From contig OZ253438.1 in the NCBI GenBank assembly GCA_965261025.1, positions 720,001 through 752,000 of the forward strand: DNA of 32,000 nucleotides, read 5' to 3'. Positions 16,995-24,800 of this stretch are shown here, one piece after another. Within the stretch, counting starts at the first letter, position 1. Each line of letters opens with the position of its first letter. A model generated the notes under the pieces. The model ran no database searches and was not told the origin of the DNA. It was given only the letters and a program-made list of their open reading frames with translations. Position numbers and translations under genes: made by a program. Source of the DNA: Chlamydiales bacterium. Its GTDB lineage: Bacteria > Chlamydiota > Chlamydiia > Chlamydiales > SM23-39.

Positions 16995-17732
16995 TTGTCT
17001 TATTGGGAGGCGGTCCTATTGGGGGCCCTGCAAGGAATTACCGAATTTTTCCCTGTAAGCTCCTCAGCACACCTGAAGATTTTGCGGCTATTTTTTCACA
17101 TTGATACAAAAACCCCCCTATTCTTTGATCTTGTATGTCACTTAGGAAGCCTTTTTTCCCTACTATGGTTTTTTAAAAAGGAGCTTTTCTCCCTTCTATT
17201 CTCTCCTAGAAGCTGGCCTCCTTATTTTTTGGCTTTACTTCCGTTAATTCCTGCCTATCTTTTTTTCAAGCAGTATCTCCCCTTATTTTCTCCTTGGTTT
17301 GGTTTTTTTCTCATGGTAACGGGGACTTTGCTTTTTTTAGCTTCTTATAGCAAAGAGGCTCCTTCGCAAAAGAGATACCGAGATGTGTTATATATTGGGC
17401 TAATGCAATCGATGGCTTTATTTCCGGGTCTTTCCAGATCTGGAAGCACTATAGCAGCAGCTTGTTTTCGAGGATGGGAAATGAAAAAGGCGGTGGAATT
17501 TTCGTTTCTTTTGGCTATACCTACCGTTTTTGGGGGAATTATTTTAGAAAGCATCCAGGCCTTAAATGAAAACCCCTCTCTTTCTTTTACCCATTACGCC
17601 TTAGGCTTTTTTTTCTCTTTTTTTCTCGGCCTTTTTGCGGTACAACAGATTAAGAGACTCTCCAAAAAAAGGCTTTTGGGATTTGCTCTATATTGTTTAA
17701 GTATGGGACTCTTTAGTCTGGTTTATTGGTGA
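16995..17732 (+). CDS. uppP: Undecaprenyl-diphosphate phosphatase (BacA/UppP)
   Basis: Family blocks EFFPVSSSAHL and PGLSRSGSTI in a polytopic membrane protein. TTG start follows AGGTAAGG, only 23 nt after the tRNA. Confidence 0.88.
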   Translation: MSYWEAVLLGALQGITEFFPVSSSAHLKILRLFFHIDTKTPLFFDLVCHLGSLFSLLWFFKKELFSLLFSPRSWPPYFLALLPLIPAYLFFKQYLPLFSPWFGFFLMVTGTLLFLASYSKEAPSQKRYRDVLYIGLMQSMALFPGLSRSGSTIAAACFRGWEMKKAVEFSFLLAIPTVFGGIILESIQALNENPSLSFTHYALGFFFSFFLGLFAVQQIKRLSKKRLLGFALYCLSMGLFSLVYW

Positions 17733-17733
17733 G

Positions 17734-20061
17734 ATGAAAAAAAAGAAGAAAAAACGTGGTAAAAAAGGACTTCACCCTGAAGCTAAGGCTCTTTTCTATA
17801 CAGGGGGAGCCATTTTTTTGTTTCTATCTCTTTTGTCTTTTGTCTCTGCACACCCTGAGAAAAACTGGCTAGGGGTATCGGGTCACTATAGCGCTTTAGT
17901 TTTTCTATATTTTTTGGGACTCCCTAGTTTTTTTGTTCCCCTTTTCTTTTTGAGGGTAGCAAAATTTTATTTCTCCTTTACGAAGGGAGCCCTCTTAAAA
18001 AAAGAGGGGCTTCTTTTTCTATGGTGTCTTCTCTCTTTGTCTTTTTTATTAAACCAAATTGCGGAGCATTTTCCTGAAAAGGTCTCCCATTTCCAGAATA
18101 AAATTTATACAGAAAGCTTTGTCACTTTCTCTGAAGAACCCAAAATGAAAATCCGATACAATTTGGGAGGTCTTCCTACCTACTATTGCTACACAGACTT
18201 TCCTTTTTTCTCTTTACAAAGAATGCTCAGCGATGTGGGTTGCCTCTTACTAGGTTTAATTTCCACTCTTGCTAGTTTTTCCTTTTTAACCAAGATCCCT
18301 ATTGTAAAACCCTGGAAAACCCTCTGGGGCTATTTGAATAAACCAAGAACTTCCTCCCCTCGTCAAAAAAACCCCTTTTCTTCTTCTAAAAACCTTTTCT
18401 TTTACCTAAGAAGGTTTTGTAAAAAAGTTTTCCTAAGAAGAGAAAAAAAGCCTCCTATTTCTTTAAAGAAAGAACCCCTTTTATCTAAAAAAGCTTTTCC
18501 CTTTGAAGAGAAAAAGGAGGAAATAAATCCCCTTCTCGATACAGTAAAAATCCACACCGTCAAGCCCTTTACTCCTTCTACGATAGATACGAAACAGAAA
18601 ACTTTAGGAAAATATGATATTCCCTCTCCCGAATTTCTCTCTGACCCCAAACCTATTGACCATCCTACCTTGAAAAAAGATCTCACAAGGCAGGCCTCTA
18701 CTTTAGAAGAAACTTTAAAAAGCTTTGGAATTGAAGCCAAAGTAGTAGAAATTAATTGTGGGCCTTCTATTACTTCTTTTGAAGTACAACCTCCTATTGG
18801 AGTAAAAGTACAAAAGATCAAAGCATTAGAAAATGATATTGCTTTGAATATGGAAGCAAAATCCATTCGGATCTTAGCCCCTATTCCTGGAAAAGCGGTA
18901 GTAGGGGTAGAAGTACCTGCAGCCCATCCTCAGGAAGTAAGTTTCAAAGAGATGCTCCTTCATTACTTGCAGAAATCAAAAAAAATGCAAATTCCCATCC
19001 TTTTAGGAAAAACCGTAAATGGAGACTCGGTTATCTCAGATCTTGCTAAAATGCCACATTGCTTAATAGCAGGCGCTACAGGGTCGGGAAAATCTGTCTG
19101 TATCAACACTATTATCATGTCTCTTCTAATGACAGCATCTCCAGACCAGCTCAAATTCTTAATGATAGATCCGAAAAAAGTAGAGCTTACCCAATATTCT
19201 AATCTTCCCCATATGATAGCGCCTGTTATTTCAGAAGCCCACGGGGCTTACGCCGCCTTGCAATGGCTCGTAAGAGAAATGCAAAAACGATACGATATTT
19301 TAAAACACCTAGGACTTCGTAACATCACAGCTTTTAACTCTCGTAAAATTAAAGAAGACGTAGAAAGCTCTTATTCCACAGAAATTCCTGAAAAGCTTCC
19401 TCTAATCGTAGCTATCATTGACGAATTTGCTGATTTGATGATGGTCTCCAGCTCTGATCTAGAAACTCCTATTGCTAGAATTGCGCAAATGGCAAGGGCT
19501 GTAGGGATCCATCTCATTTTAGCTACGCAAAGACCTTCTAGAGAAGTAATTACCGGGATTATTAAGGCAAATTTTCCAACCCGCATTGCTTTCAAGGTAT
19601 CTTCGAGAATCAATTCTCAGATCATTTTAGATGAGGTAGGAGCTGAAAGTCTTTTAGGAAATGGAGACCTCCTTCTTTTACCCCCAGGAAGCTCTAATTT
19701 GGTAAGGGCACAAGGGGCCTATATTAGTGATGAAGATATTAATAAAGTGATCGACTGGATTTCTTCTAAAGCTCCTCCTAACTACTTAATTTCTTCCTTC
19801 GATAAAATGGCAAAAGAAGAAAAGGACTCTACCGATTTTACAGGAAAAGATTCCTTGTATAACAAAGCACTAGAAGTAGTAGTCAGTTCAAAGAACGCTT
19901 CTACTACTTTTCTGCAAAGAAAACTCAAAATCGGCTACGCAAGAGCGGCTTCTTTGATGGACGAATTAGAAGAAAATGGAATCATAAGTGCTGCTGAAGG
20001 AAGTAGGCCAAGGCAAATCCTTACCTCTTCAGAGGTATTATACGAGAAAGATCCTTCCTAA
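17734..20061 (+). CDS. ftsK: DNA translocase FtsK
   Basis: N-terminal TM segments are followed by a low-complexity linker. Walker A is GATGSGKS and Walker B IIDEFADLMM. A C-terminal gamma winged-helix is present (TTFLQRKLKIGYARAASLMDELEENGII). ATG lies 1 nt after the uppP TGA. Confidence 0.95.
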   Translation: MKKKKKKRGKKGLHPEAKALFYTGGAIFLFLSLLSFVSAHPEKNWLGVSGHYSALVFLYFLGLPSFFVPLFFLRVAKFYFSFTKGALLKKEGLLFLWCLLSLSFLLNQIAEHFPEKVSHFQNKIYTESFVTFSEEPKMKIRYNLGGLPTYYCYTDFPFFSLQRMLSDVGCLLLGLISTLASFSFLTKIPIVKPWKTLWGYLNKPRTSSPRQKNPFSSSKNLFFYLRRFCKKVFLRREKKPPISLKKEPLLSKKAFPFEEKKEEINPLLDTVKIHTVKPFTPSTIDTKQKTLGKYDIPSPEFLSDPKPIDHPTLKKDLTRQASTLEETLKSFGIEAKVVEINCGPSITSFEVQPPIGVKVQKIKALENDIALNMEAKSIRILAPIPGKAVVGVEVPAAHPQEVSFKEMLLHYLQKSKKMQIPILLGKTVNGDSVISDLAKMPHCLIAGATGSGKSVCINTIIMSLLMTASPDQLKFLMIDPKKVELTQYSNLPHMIAPVISEAHGAYAALQWLVREMQKRYDILKHLGLRNITAFNSRKIKEDVESSYSTEIPEKLPLIVAIIDEFADLMMVSSSDLETPIARIAQMARAVGIHLILATQRPSREVITGIIKANFPTRIAFKVSSRINSQIILDEVGAESLLGNGDLLLLPPGSSNLVRAQGAYISDEDINKVIDWISSKAPPNYLISSFDKMAKEEKDSTDFTGKDSLYNKALEVVVSSKNASTTFLQRKLKIGYARAASLMDELEENGIISAAEGSRPRQILTSSEVLYEKDPS

Positions 20062-20336
20062 TAGGAAACAGTTCACTGATAGCTGCTTCAATTCCTTGCC
20101 TACAAAGTAGCAACAAGCCAGTAGGAAAAAAGGAGTGTTAACTCCTGCTTATACCAACCAAATGTGTAGGAGCAGCGTAAAATGAGACGCTCTTACCAAG
20201 AGTTATTATGATACCCTTTCCAAAGAAGAATGGGGAGAAAAAAGCCCGAAGAGTTAGCATCCTGCAACAACTTGATAAAAAATTTTGACTTTAAGAGAAG
20301 CAAGTAGAAAACGTATCAATTAAGGTCAGTCAGTCC

Positions 20337-20359
20337 AGCTACTAAGCGCAGTAGCTTTT
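20337..20359. terminator. Hairpin at the convergence of ftsK and the 224-aa ORF
   Basis: AGCTACT-aagcgc-AGTAGCT (7-bp stem) is followed by TTTT on the plus strand. It abuts the TAA stop (20358-20360) of the minus-strand ORF. Confidence 0.4.
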
Positions 20360-21032
20360 AAGTGGTGGCCCCTTGAGACAAGCATTTTATCTCTAAAACA
20401 CAATCCTTAAACGCCGCATTTTGTATCTTTACCTTCTGCAGACGCAAGCTCACAAAAGAGTAGATTTTTAAAAGAAAAGTCCCAACAAATAGCCCTGATA
20501 AAAAGTACATTGGCATAGCAGTAATCCTGGATCTTCTCCCCTCTTCGGTAAAAAGTAAACTAGGTCGTATAACGGCCAAAAAGGCAAGAAAAAGGAGATT
20601 GCATGCCATACTAACCTTTGCTATAGCTTTAGAACGGTCACCGATTTTCTGATACTCCAAGCAATTTTTCACAGTGGAAGAGATCTTTTGGGAAGAACTA
20701 CGATCTAGCTTACTCCCAAAAAAAACTCGGGCGGTTTGTTCAGTCAAAGCACAAACATTCCGGTTTGTGAAAAAATCCTCAGGTAAACTCCCTAACGGGT
20801 ATCCAAAAAACTGGGAAAATTGCCCAAATTTATCGCACAATTCTTGTGTTTGAGGGATATCATCAAGTGTTTCACGGATATTAGAAGAAGCGCTTTTTTT
20901 AACCTTTTCAGAGATAGAGATCAGCTCTCCTAGGGAAACTTGTGAAGGATCCCTAGCACAAAGGTTTCCTAGTTCTAGAGCAAAAAAATACATCTGCTCT
21001 TTTGAGCTAACTGGATAGCAAGAAGAACTCAT
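20358..21032 (-). CDS. Hypothetical membrane protein (224 aa) with two C-terminal TM segments; possible Inc-like or secreted protein
   Basis: AAGGGAG lies 6 nt upstream of the ATG. The N-terminus has no Sec signal. TM pair is ACNLLFLAFLAVIRPSLLF ... MYFLSGLFVGTFLLKIYSFVSL with a 13-residue loop. No family recognised. Confidence 0.6.
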   Translation of the reverse strand: MSSSCYPVSSKEQMYFFALELGNLCARDPSQVSLGELISISEKVKKSASSNIRETLDDIPQTQELCDKFGQFSQFFGYPLGSLPEDFFTNRNVCALTEQTARVFFGSKLDRSSSQKISSTVKNCLEYQKIGDRSKAIAKVSMACNLLFLAFLAVIRPSLLFTEEGRRSRITAMPMYFLSGLFVGTFLLKIYSFVSLRLQKVKIQNAAFKDCVLEIKCLSQGATT

Positions 21033-21195
21033 ACCCCACTCCCTTCTCTGTTAAAGGGGCAATTTTAGCAAAATACTTACCCAAAAACCAGAGAATCTTT
21101 TATAGGAACTTTTTTTCTTCATAATCTCCTGAGTTATTCATAGTTATATTAAAAAAATATTTATAAATACATCGAGAATCAAAAGAGAAAAATAG

Positions 21196-21960
21196 TTATA
21201 AAGTAATTACTTCAGAATGTTTCTCTTGATAAGCAATAAGGAGCTTTCCAGAAAGAGCGGGATTACTTTCTAATACAACCTGTAAAGCAAGCTCTGGCTC
21301 ATTACATTCTTGGGAAAGGTGAGAAAGATAAACCGCTTGTAGATTCTTCTTTTGTAACCGACTGAGAAATAGAGCACATTGTTCATTCGAAAGGTGTCCT
21401 ATATTACTCAAAACCCTTCTCTTATAAACCAGAGGTCTTTTTGCTTCTTGTACCTTCCTTACATCATGATTTGCTTCTATTACCAAAAGGCTTAAGGACG
21501 AAAGCTTTGTTTCTAAAAAAGAAGAGGAAGTTCCGAGATCTGTGCATATTCCTATCTTTTTTCCCTCTACTTGTAATACCACTCCTACAGGATCTAGTGT
21601 GTCATGCTGGACGGAAAAAGGAAACACGGTAATATCGCGAAACAAAAACTCCTCATGAGTAGAAAAAATCTTAAGCTTCGGTTTTATATAAAGCGCGCTA
21701 TAAATTCCTTTTGCTGTTTCTTTATTGGTAAAAACAGGAACAGCCGTTTTCCCCAAAACTTTTAATCCCTGAATGTGATCCTTATGTTCGTGGGTAATTA
21801 AAATAGCATCAATTTCAGAAAGGGAAATCCCCAAAAAAGAAAGTCTAGCCTGCAAGCTCTTTGCAGAAAGACCACAATCCACTAAAAGGGTAGTTTCTTT
21901 TGTTTTAACAAGGTAAGCATTCCCTTTGGATCCTGACGCTAAGGGACAAAATAAAACCAC
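21196..21960 (-). CDS. MBL-fold metallo-hydrolase
   Basis: HxHxDH motif (ILITHEHKDHIQG). N-terminus FCPLASGSKGNAYLV is typical of YycJ/PhnP-like beta-lactamase-fold hydrolases. GTG start. Confidence 0.85.
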   Translation of the reverse strand: MVLFCPLASGSKGNAYLVKTKETTLLVDCGLSAKSLQARLSFLGISLSEIDAILITHEHKDHIQGLKVLGKTAVPVFTNKETAKGIYSALYIKPKLKIFSTHEEFLFRDITVFPFSVQHDTLDPVGVVLQVEGKKIGICTDLGTSSSFLETKLSSLSLLVIEANHDVRKVQEAKRPLVYKRRVLSNIGHLSNEQCALFLSRLQKKNLQAVYLSHLSQECNEPELALQVVLESNPALSGKLLIAYQEKHSEVITL

Positions 21961-22237
21961 ACATTCTCTCTATATTTCTCTTCATTTTAAAAAAAACCTT
22001 GAGAAAAGGAAATGGTTTTTTCTACTTTTTGCCTCCTCAAAAATAGCCTTCAGGGCTTTTATCATGCCTCTCTTTGCTTCCCCTGAATCGAATTGACTAT
22101 ACTTTCTTACTGAAAACGCCTAAAAGTAAAACGAAAGATTCCTATCAACCCGCTTTTTTCTTAGTTTATAAAAAATTTTTCTGTTTTTTAATAAAAAATT
22201 ACAGTCTTTTTATATAAAAAAATATTTTACATAAACT

Positions 22238-22314
22238 ATTTTTCGAAAAATTTTCATAGAGAAACATTTGAAAAATGGAGATTTTTAATTAAAAAAACAG
22301 TTTTTTTGAAAAAT
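22238..22314. repeat. AT-rich motif cluster: a 14-nt perfect palindrome plus two direct copies of TTTGAAAAAT
   Basis: ATTTTTCGAAAAAT at 22238-22251. TTTGAAAAAT occurs at 22267-22276 and 22305-22314. All lie inside a 410-bp divergent intergenic region. Confidence 0.4.
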
Positions 22315-22317
22315 TAT

Positions 22318-22346
22318 TTGACAAATAGTTTTGTTTAAAAAAAAAT
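22318..22346 (+). promoter_or_regulatory. Putative promoter of the 120-aa ORF
   Basis: Consensus TTGACA (22318-22323), a 17-nt spacer, then AAAAAT (22341-22346). GGGAG lies 8 nt before ATG 22371. Confidence 0.25.
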
Positions 22347-22370
22347 GAGGTTATAGCGGGAGTTTTTATC

Positions 22371-22733
22371 ATGATTATAGGAGAAGAGATTTTACAAGAA
22401 ATAGATCAAACCTTAGATCGTTTGGTAGAAAATGCGAAAGCTATGGAGAAAGCTTCAGAAAAAAGACTTACCTCTTATGAAAGGGGGCTTTTTCAAAAAA
22501 CTCAAGAGAGTCTTTTAGCTCATTTAATTCAAACAGATCACAAGCTTGCAGAAAGAAGAGAAACCTTAAAGCATTTTTCTTCCCAAGCACAAAAATTTCC
22601 TATACAGAAAAAGTGGATTCATCTGCACAGAATGCAAGGAAGAAATTTTGAAAACCTCTCAAAAAAGATGGGGGTATTTTCTTTACAAAGGGTCAAAAGA
22701 AAAAAACTTTCTAAAATGAAAAAAGTTCCCTAG
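22371..22733 (+). CDS. Hypothetical basic protein (120 aa)
   Basis: An SD-like GGGAG lies upstream. The N-terminal half is helical and acidic; the tail is strongly basic (QRVKRKKLSKMKKVP). The 3' end overlaps the convergent E1 gene by 23 nt. Confidence 0.5.
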   Translation: MIIGEEILQEIDQTLDRLVENAKAMEKASEKRLTSYERGLFQKTQESLLAHLIQTDHKLAERRETLKHFSSQAQKFPIQKKWIHLHRMQGRNFENLSKKMGVFSLQRVKRKKLSKMKKVP

Positions 22734-24795
22734 CCTTTTCCAGGATATCTTCCATTTGAGGGAGAACTTCTTCTTCCCAGTTTTTTGCATAAGGAACTAC
22801 ACAATCTTTCGCCCCTAATCGAACAACAGGAGCATCTAAATAAGAGAATCCTTTCTCCATGATTTGTGCGCTAATTTCTGCTGCAAAACCAGCTGTAATG
22901 GGAGCTTCTTGTATTACAAGAATCTTTCCCGTTTTTTTCAAAGAGGTAAGAACTGTTTCAAAATCTAAAGGAGCTAAAGTTCGTAAATCGATTACTTCTA
23001 CAGAGATCCCTTCTTTTAACATTAGATCGGCTGCTTGCACTGCTAACATAAGAGTAAAACCCCAAGAAACTACAGTAAGATCTTCTCCTTCCTTCACTAC
23101 TTTTGCTTTTCCCAAAGGCAAAACAGCCTCTTCTATAGGCTCTTTTCTCGCAGAAAAAGCTCTTTGTCTATAAAGCGCCTTGTGTTCTAAAAAAATGACA
23201 GGATTGGGATCTCTAATTGCTGCTTTCAATAACCTTTTAGCATCTTCTGCATTGCTAGGAATCACTACTTTTAACCCCGGTGTGTGACACAAGTGTGCTT
23301 CAATACATTGAGAATGATAAGGCCCTCCTTGAATATATCCTCCATAAGGCATTCGTAAAACTAAAGGACAATTCCACTCCCCATTTGATCTATAACAAAA
23401 GCTTGCTAATTCATTTATTATCTGATTCATACCTGTCCAGGAATAATCACAAAACTGGATTTCTGCTACGGGGCGATGCTCTCCATCTAAAGAAAGTCCA
23501 ATAGCAAGACCTACGATAGTTGATTCTGCTAAAGGGGTATTAAAACATCTCTCTTCTCCAAACAAGGTTGTGAGATGGTGGGTGATACCAAAAACCCCTC
23601 CTTTTCCTCTTGCTACATCTTGTCCAAAAACAACTACTCCGGAGTCTTTAGCCATTTCTTCTTTCAAAGCATGGTTTAAAGCATCCATCATAACTACTAC
23701 TTCCTGTTTTTCTCCTTGTACTTCTTCTACAGAAAAAGGAATAAAAACCCTCTCAGAAGCCTTTTCTTTCTGAGGAAAAGCCAATGCATCAGCAAATCTT
23801 GCCGCTTCTTCTACTTCTTTCTCTATTTCTTTTTGGATAGCTTCTAGATCTTTTTCTTCTACGATACCTTCTTCCTGCAAAAAAGCTTTCATGAGCACAA
23901 GGGGATCCCTCTCTTCATCTTCGGAAAGATCCTTTTCACTTTTATATTTTTTAGGATCATCACTAATACTATGAGGCCCTTGCCTTGCCACCTTAGCCAC
24001 CACTAAACTAGGTCCCTTTTGTTCTCTTGCTCTTGTAAAAGCAAGTTCCAACCCTTCTTGACAAGATAGGTAATCAAATCCTTTTATCTCAAAAATCTCC
24101 AAGTTTTCATACCCTCTTGCTATCTTAGCAACATTTTTTCCTGCTGTTTGTTCTTCTACAGGAACGGAAATAGCCCAGCCATTATCCTGAATTACAAACA
24201 CAATCGGAAGGCTATGAATACAAGAAAAATTTAAAGCCTCGTGAAAATCTCCTTGAGAAGTAGCTCCTTCTCCCGCAGAAACATAAACTACTTCTTTTTT
24301 TCCTCTCAACTGAATCCCCTTTGCCAGCCCCACAGCTTGCAAAAACTGAGAACCAACACAACTGGACTGGCAAGGAATTCGAAACTCTTTGTGAGAAAAA
24401 TGATCTGGCATCATTTTTCCTCCGGAATGGTGCAGAATATCTTTGCCTAATAAAGCACCGAAAAGCTCCCCTAAACAAAGATCAAAACCGATAGCAAAAG
24501 AGCGATCTCTATAGTAGGGAAAGGCCCAGTCTATTCCTTTGCGCAAACAAAGAGCAGACAAGACTCCGACCATCTCATGCCCCTTAGTAGAAAGGTGAAA
24601 AGTCCCCCCCTTATTCTGGCGAACCATTTTCGCCATTTTTTCATCTACAAGACGGACCTTGACCATCTTTTTGTAAACTAAAAGGGCTTGCTCAGAAACA
24701 GCTTTTTTCCGAGATACCTCCACGAGACCCTTCAAAGTTCGTGAAGGCACAGAAGTACATTTCAAGACCGGATCTAGTTTTGTATCCATAACCAT
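22711..24795 (-). CDS. Fused alpha-beta E1 component of a thiamine-diphosphate-dependent 2-oxoacid dehydrogenase
   Basis: The N-terminal half resembles E1-alpha (YRDRSF, SAGEGATSQGDFHEALNF). The C-terminal half resembles E1-beta/transketolase-like Pyr and C domains (VVFGQDVARGKGGVFGIT, FNTPLAESTIVG, FLEHKALY). It is a single 694-aa ORF. Confidence 0.9.
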   Translation of the reverse strand: MVMDTKLDPVLKCTSVPSRTLKGLVEVSRKKAVSEQALLVYKKMVKVRLVDEKMAKMVRQNKGGTFHLSTKGHEMVGVLSALCLRKGIDWAFPYYRDRSFAIGFDLCLGELFGALLGKDILHHSGGKMMPDHFSHKEFRIPCQSSCVGSQFLQAVGLAKGIQLRGKKEVVYVSAGEGATSQGDFHEALNFSCIHSLPIVFVIQDNGWAISVPVEEQTAGKNVAKIARGYENLEIFEIKGFDYLSCQEGLELAFTRAREQKGPSLVVAKVARQGPHSISDDPKKYKSEKDLSEDEERDPLVLMKAFLQEEGIVEEKDLEAIQKEIEKEVEEAARFADALAFPQKEKASERVFIPFSVEEVQGEKQEVVVMMDALNHALKEEMAKDSGVVVFGQDVARGKGGVFGITHHLTTLFGEERCFNTPLAESTIVGLAIGLSLDGEHRPVAEIQFCDYSWTGMNQIINELASFCYRSNGEWNCPLVLRMPYGGYIQGGPYHSQCIEAHLCHTPGLKVVIPSNAEDAKRLLKAAIRDPNPVIFLEHKALYRQRAFSARKEPIEEAVLPLGKAKVVKEGEDLTVVSWGFTLMLAVQAADLMLKEGISVEVIDLRTLAPLDFETVLTSLKKTGKILVIQEAPITAGFAAEISAQIMEKGFSYLDAPVVRLGAKDCVVPYAKNWEEEVLPQMEDILEKARELFSF

Positions 24796-24800
24796 AAAAG

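Noticed and set aside
16781-17104. ORF-track entries 16781-16966 (minus, 61 aa) and 16895-17104 (plus, 69 aa)
   Set aside because: Both run through the tRNA-His gene. The second is also out of frame with the well-supported uppP ORF. They are artefacts of ORF calling across an RNA gene.
17737-17744. A8 run at the very start of ftsK (encoding the MKKKKKK stretch) as a programmed frameshift or phase-variation site
   Set aside because: The reading frame is intact and simply encodes poly-Lys. No alternative frame continues productively.
18402-18866. 154-aa antisense ORF inside ftsK. Similar antisense or alternative-frame ORFs occur at 1159-1419, 4627-5001, 8466-8711, 8911-9237, 9299-9652, 12682-12951, 22859-23173, 24212-24478, 26373-26615, 28645-28887 and 29896-30285.
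   Set aside because: All lie wholly inside strongly supported genes on the opposite strand or in another frame. They have low-complexity composition mirroring the sense strand and no SD. I treat them as spurious.
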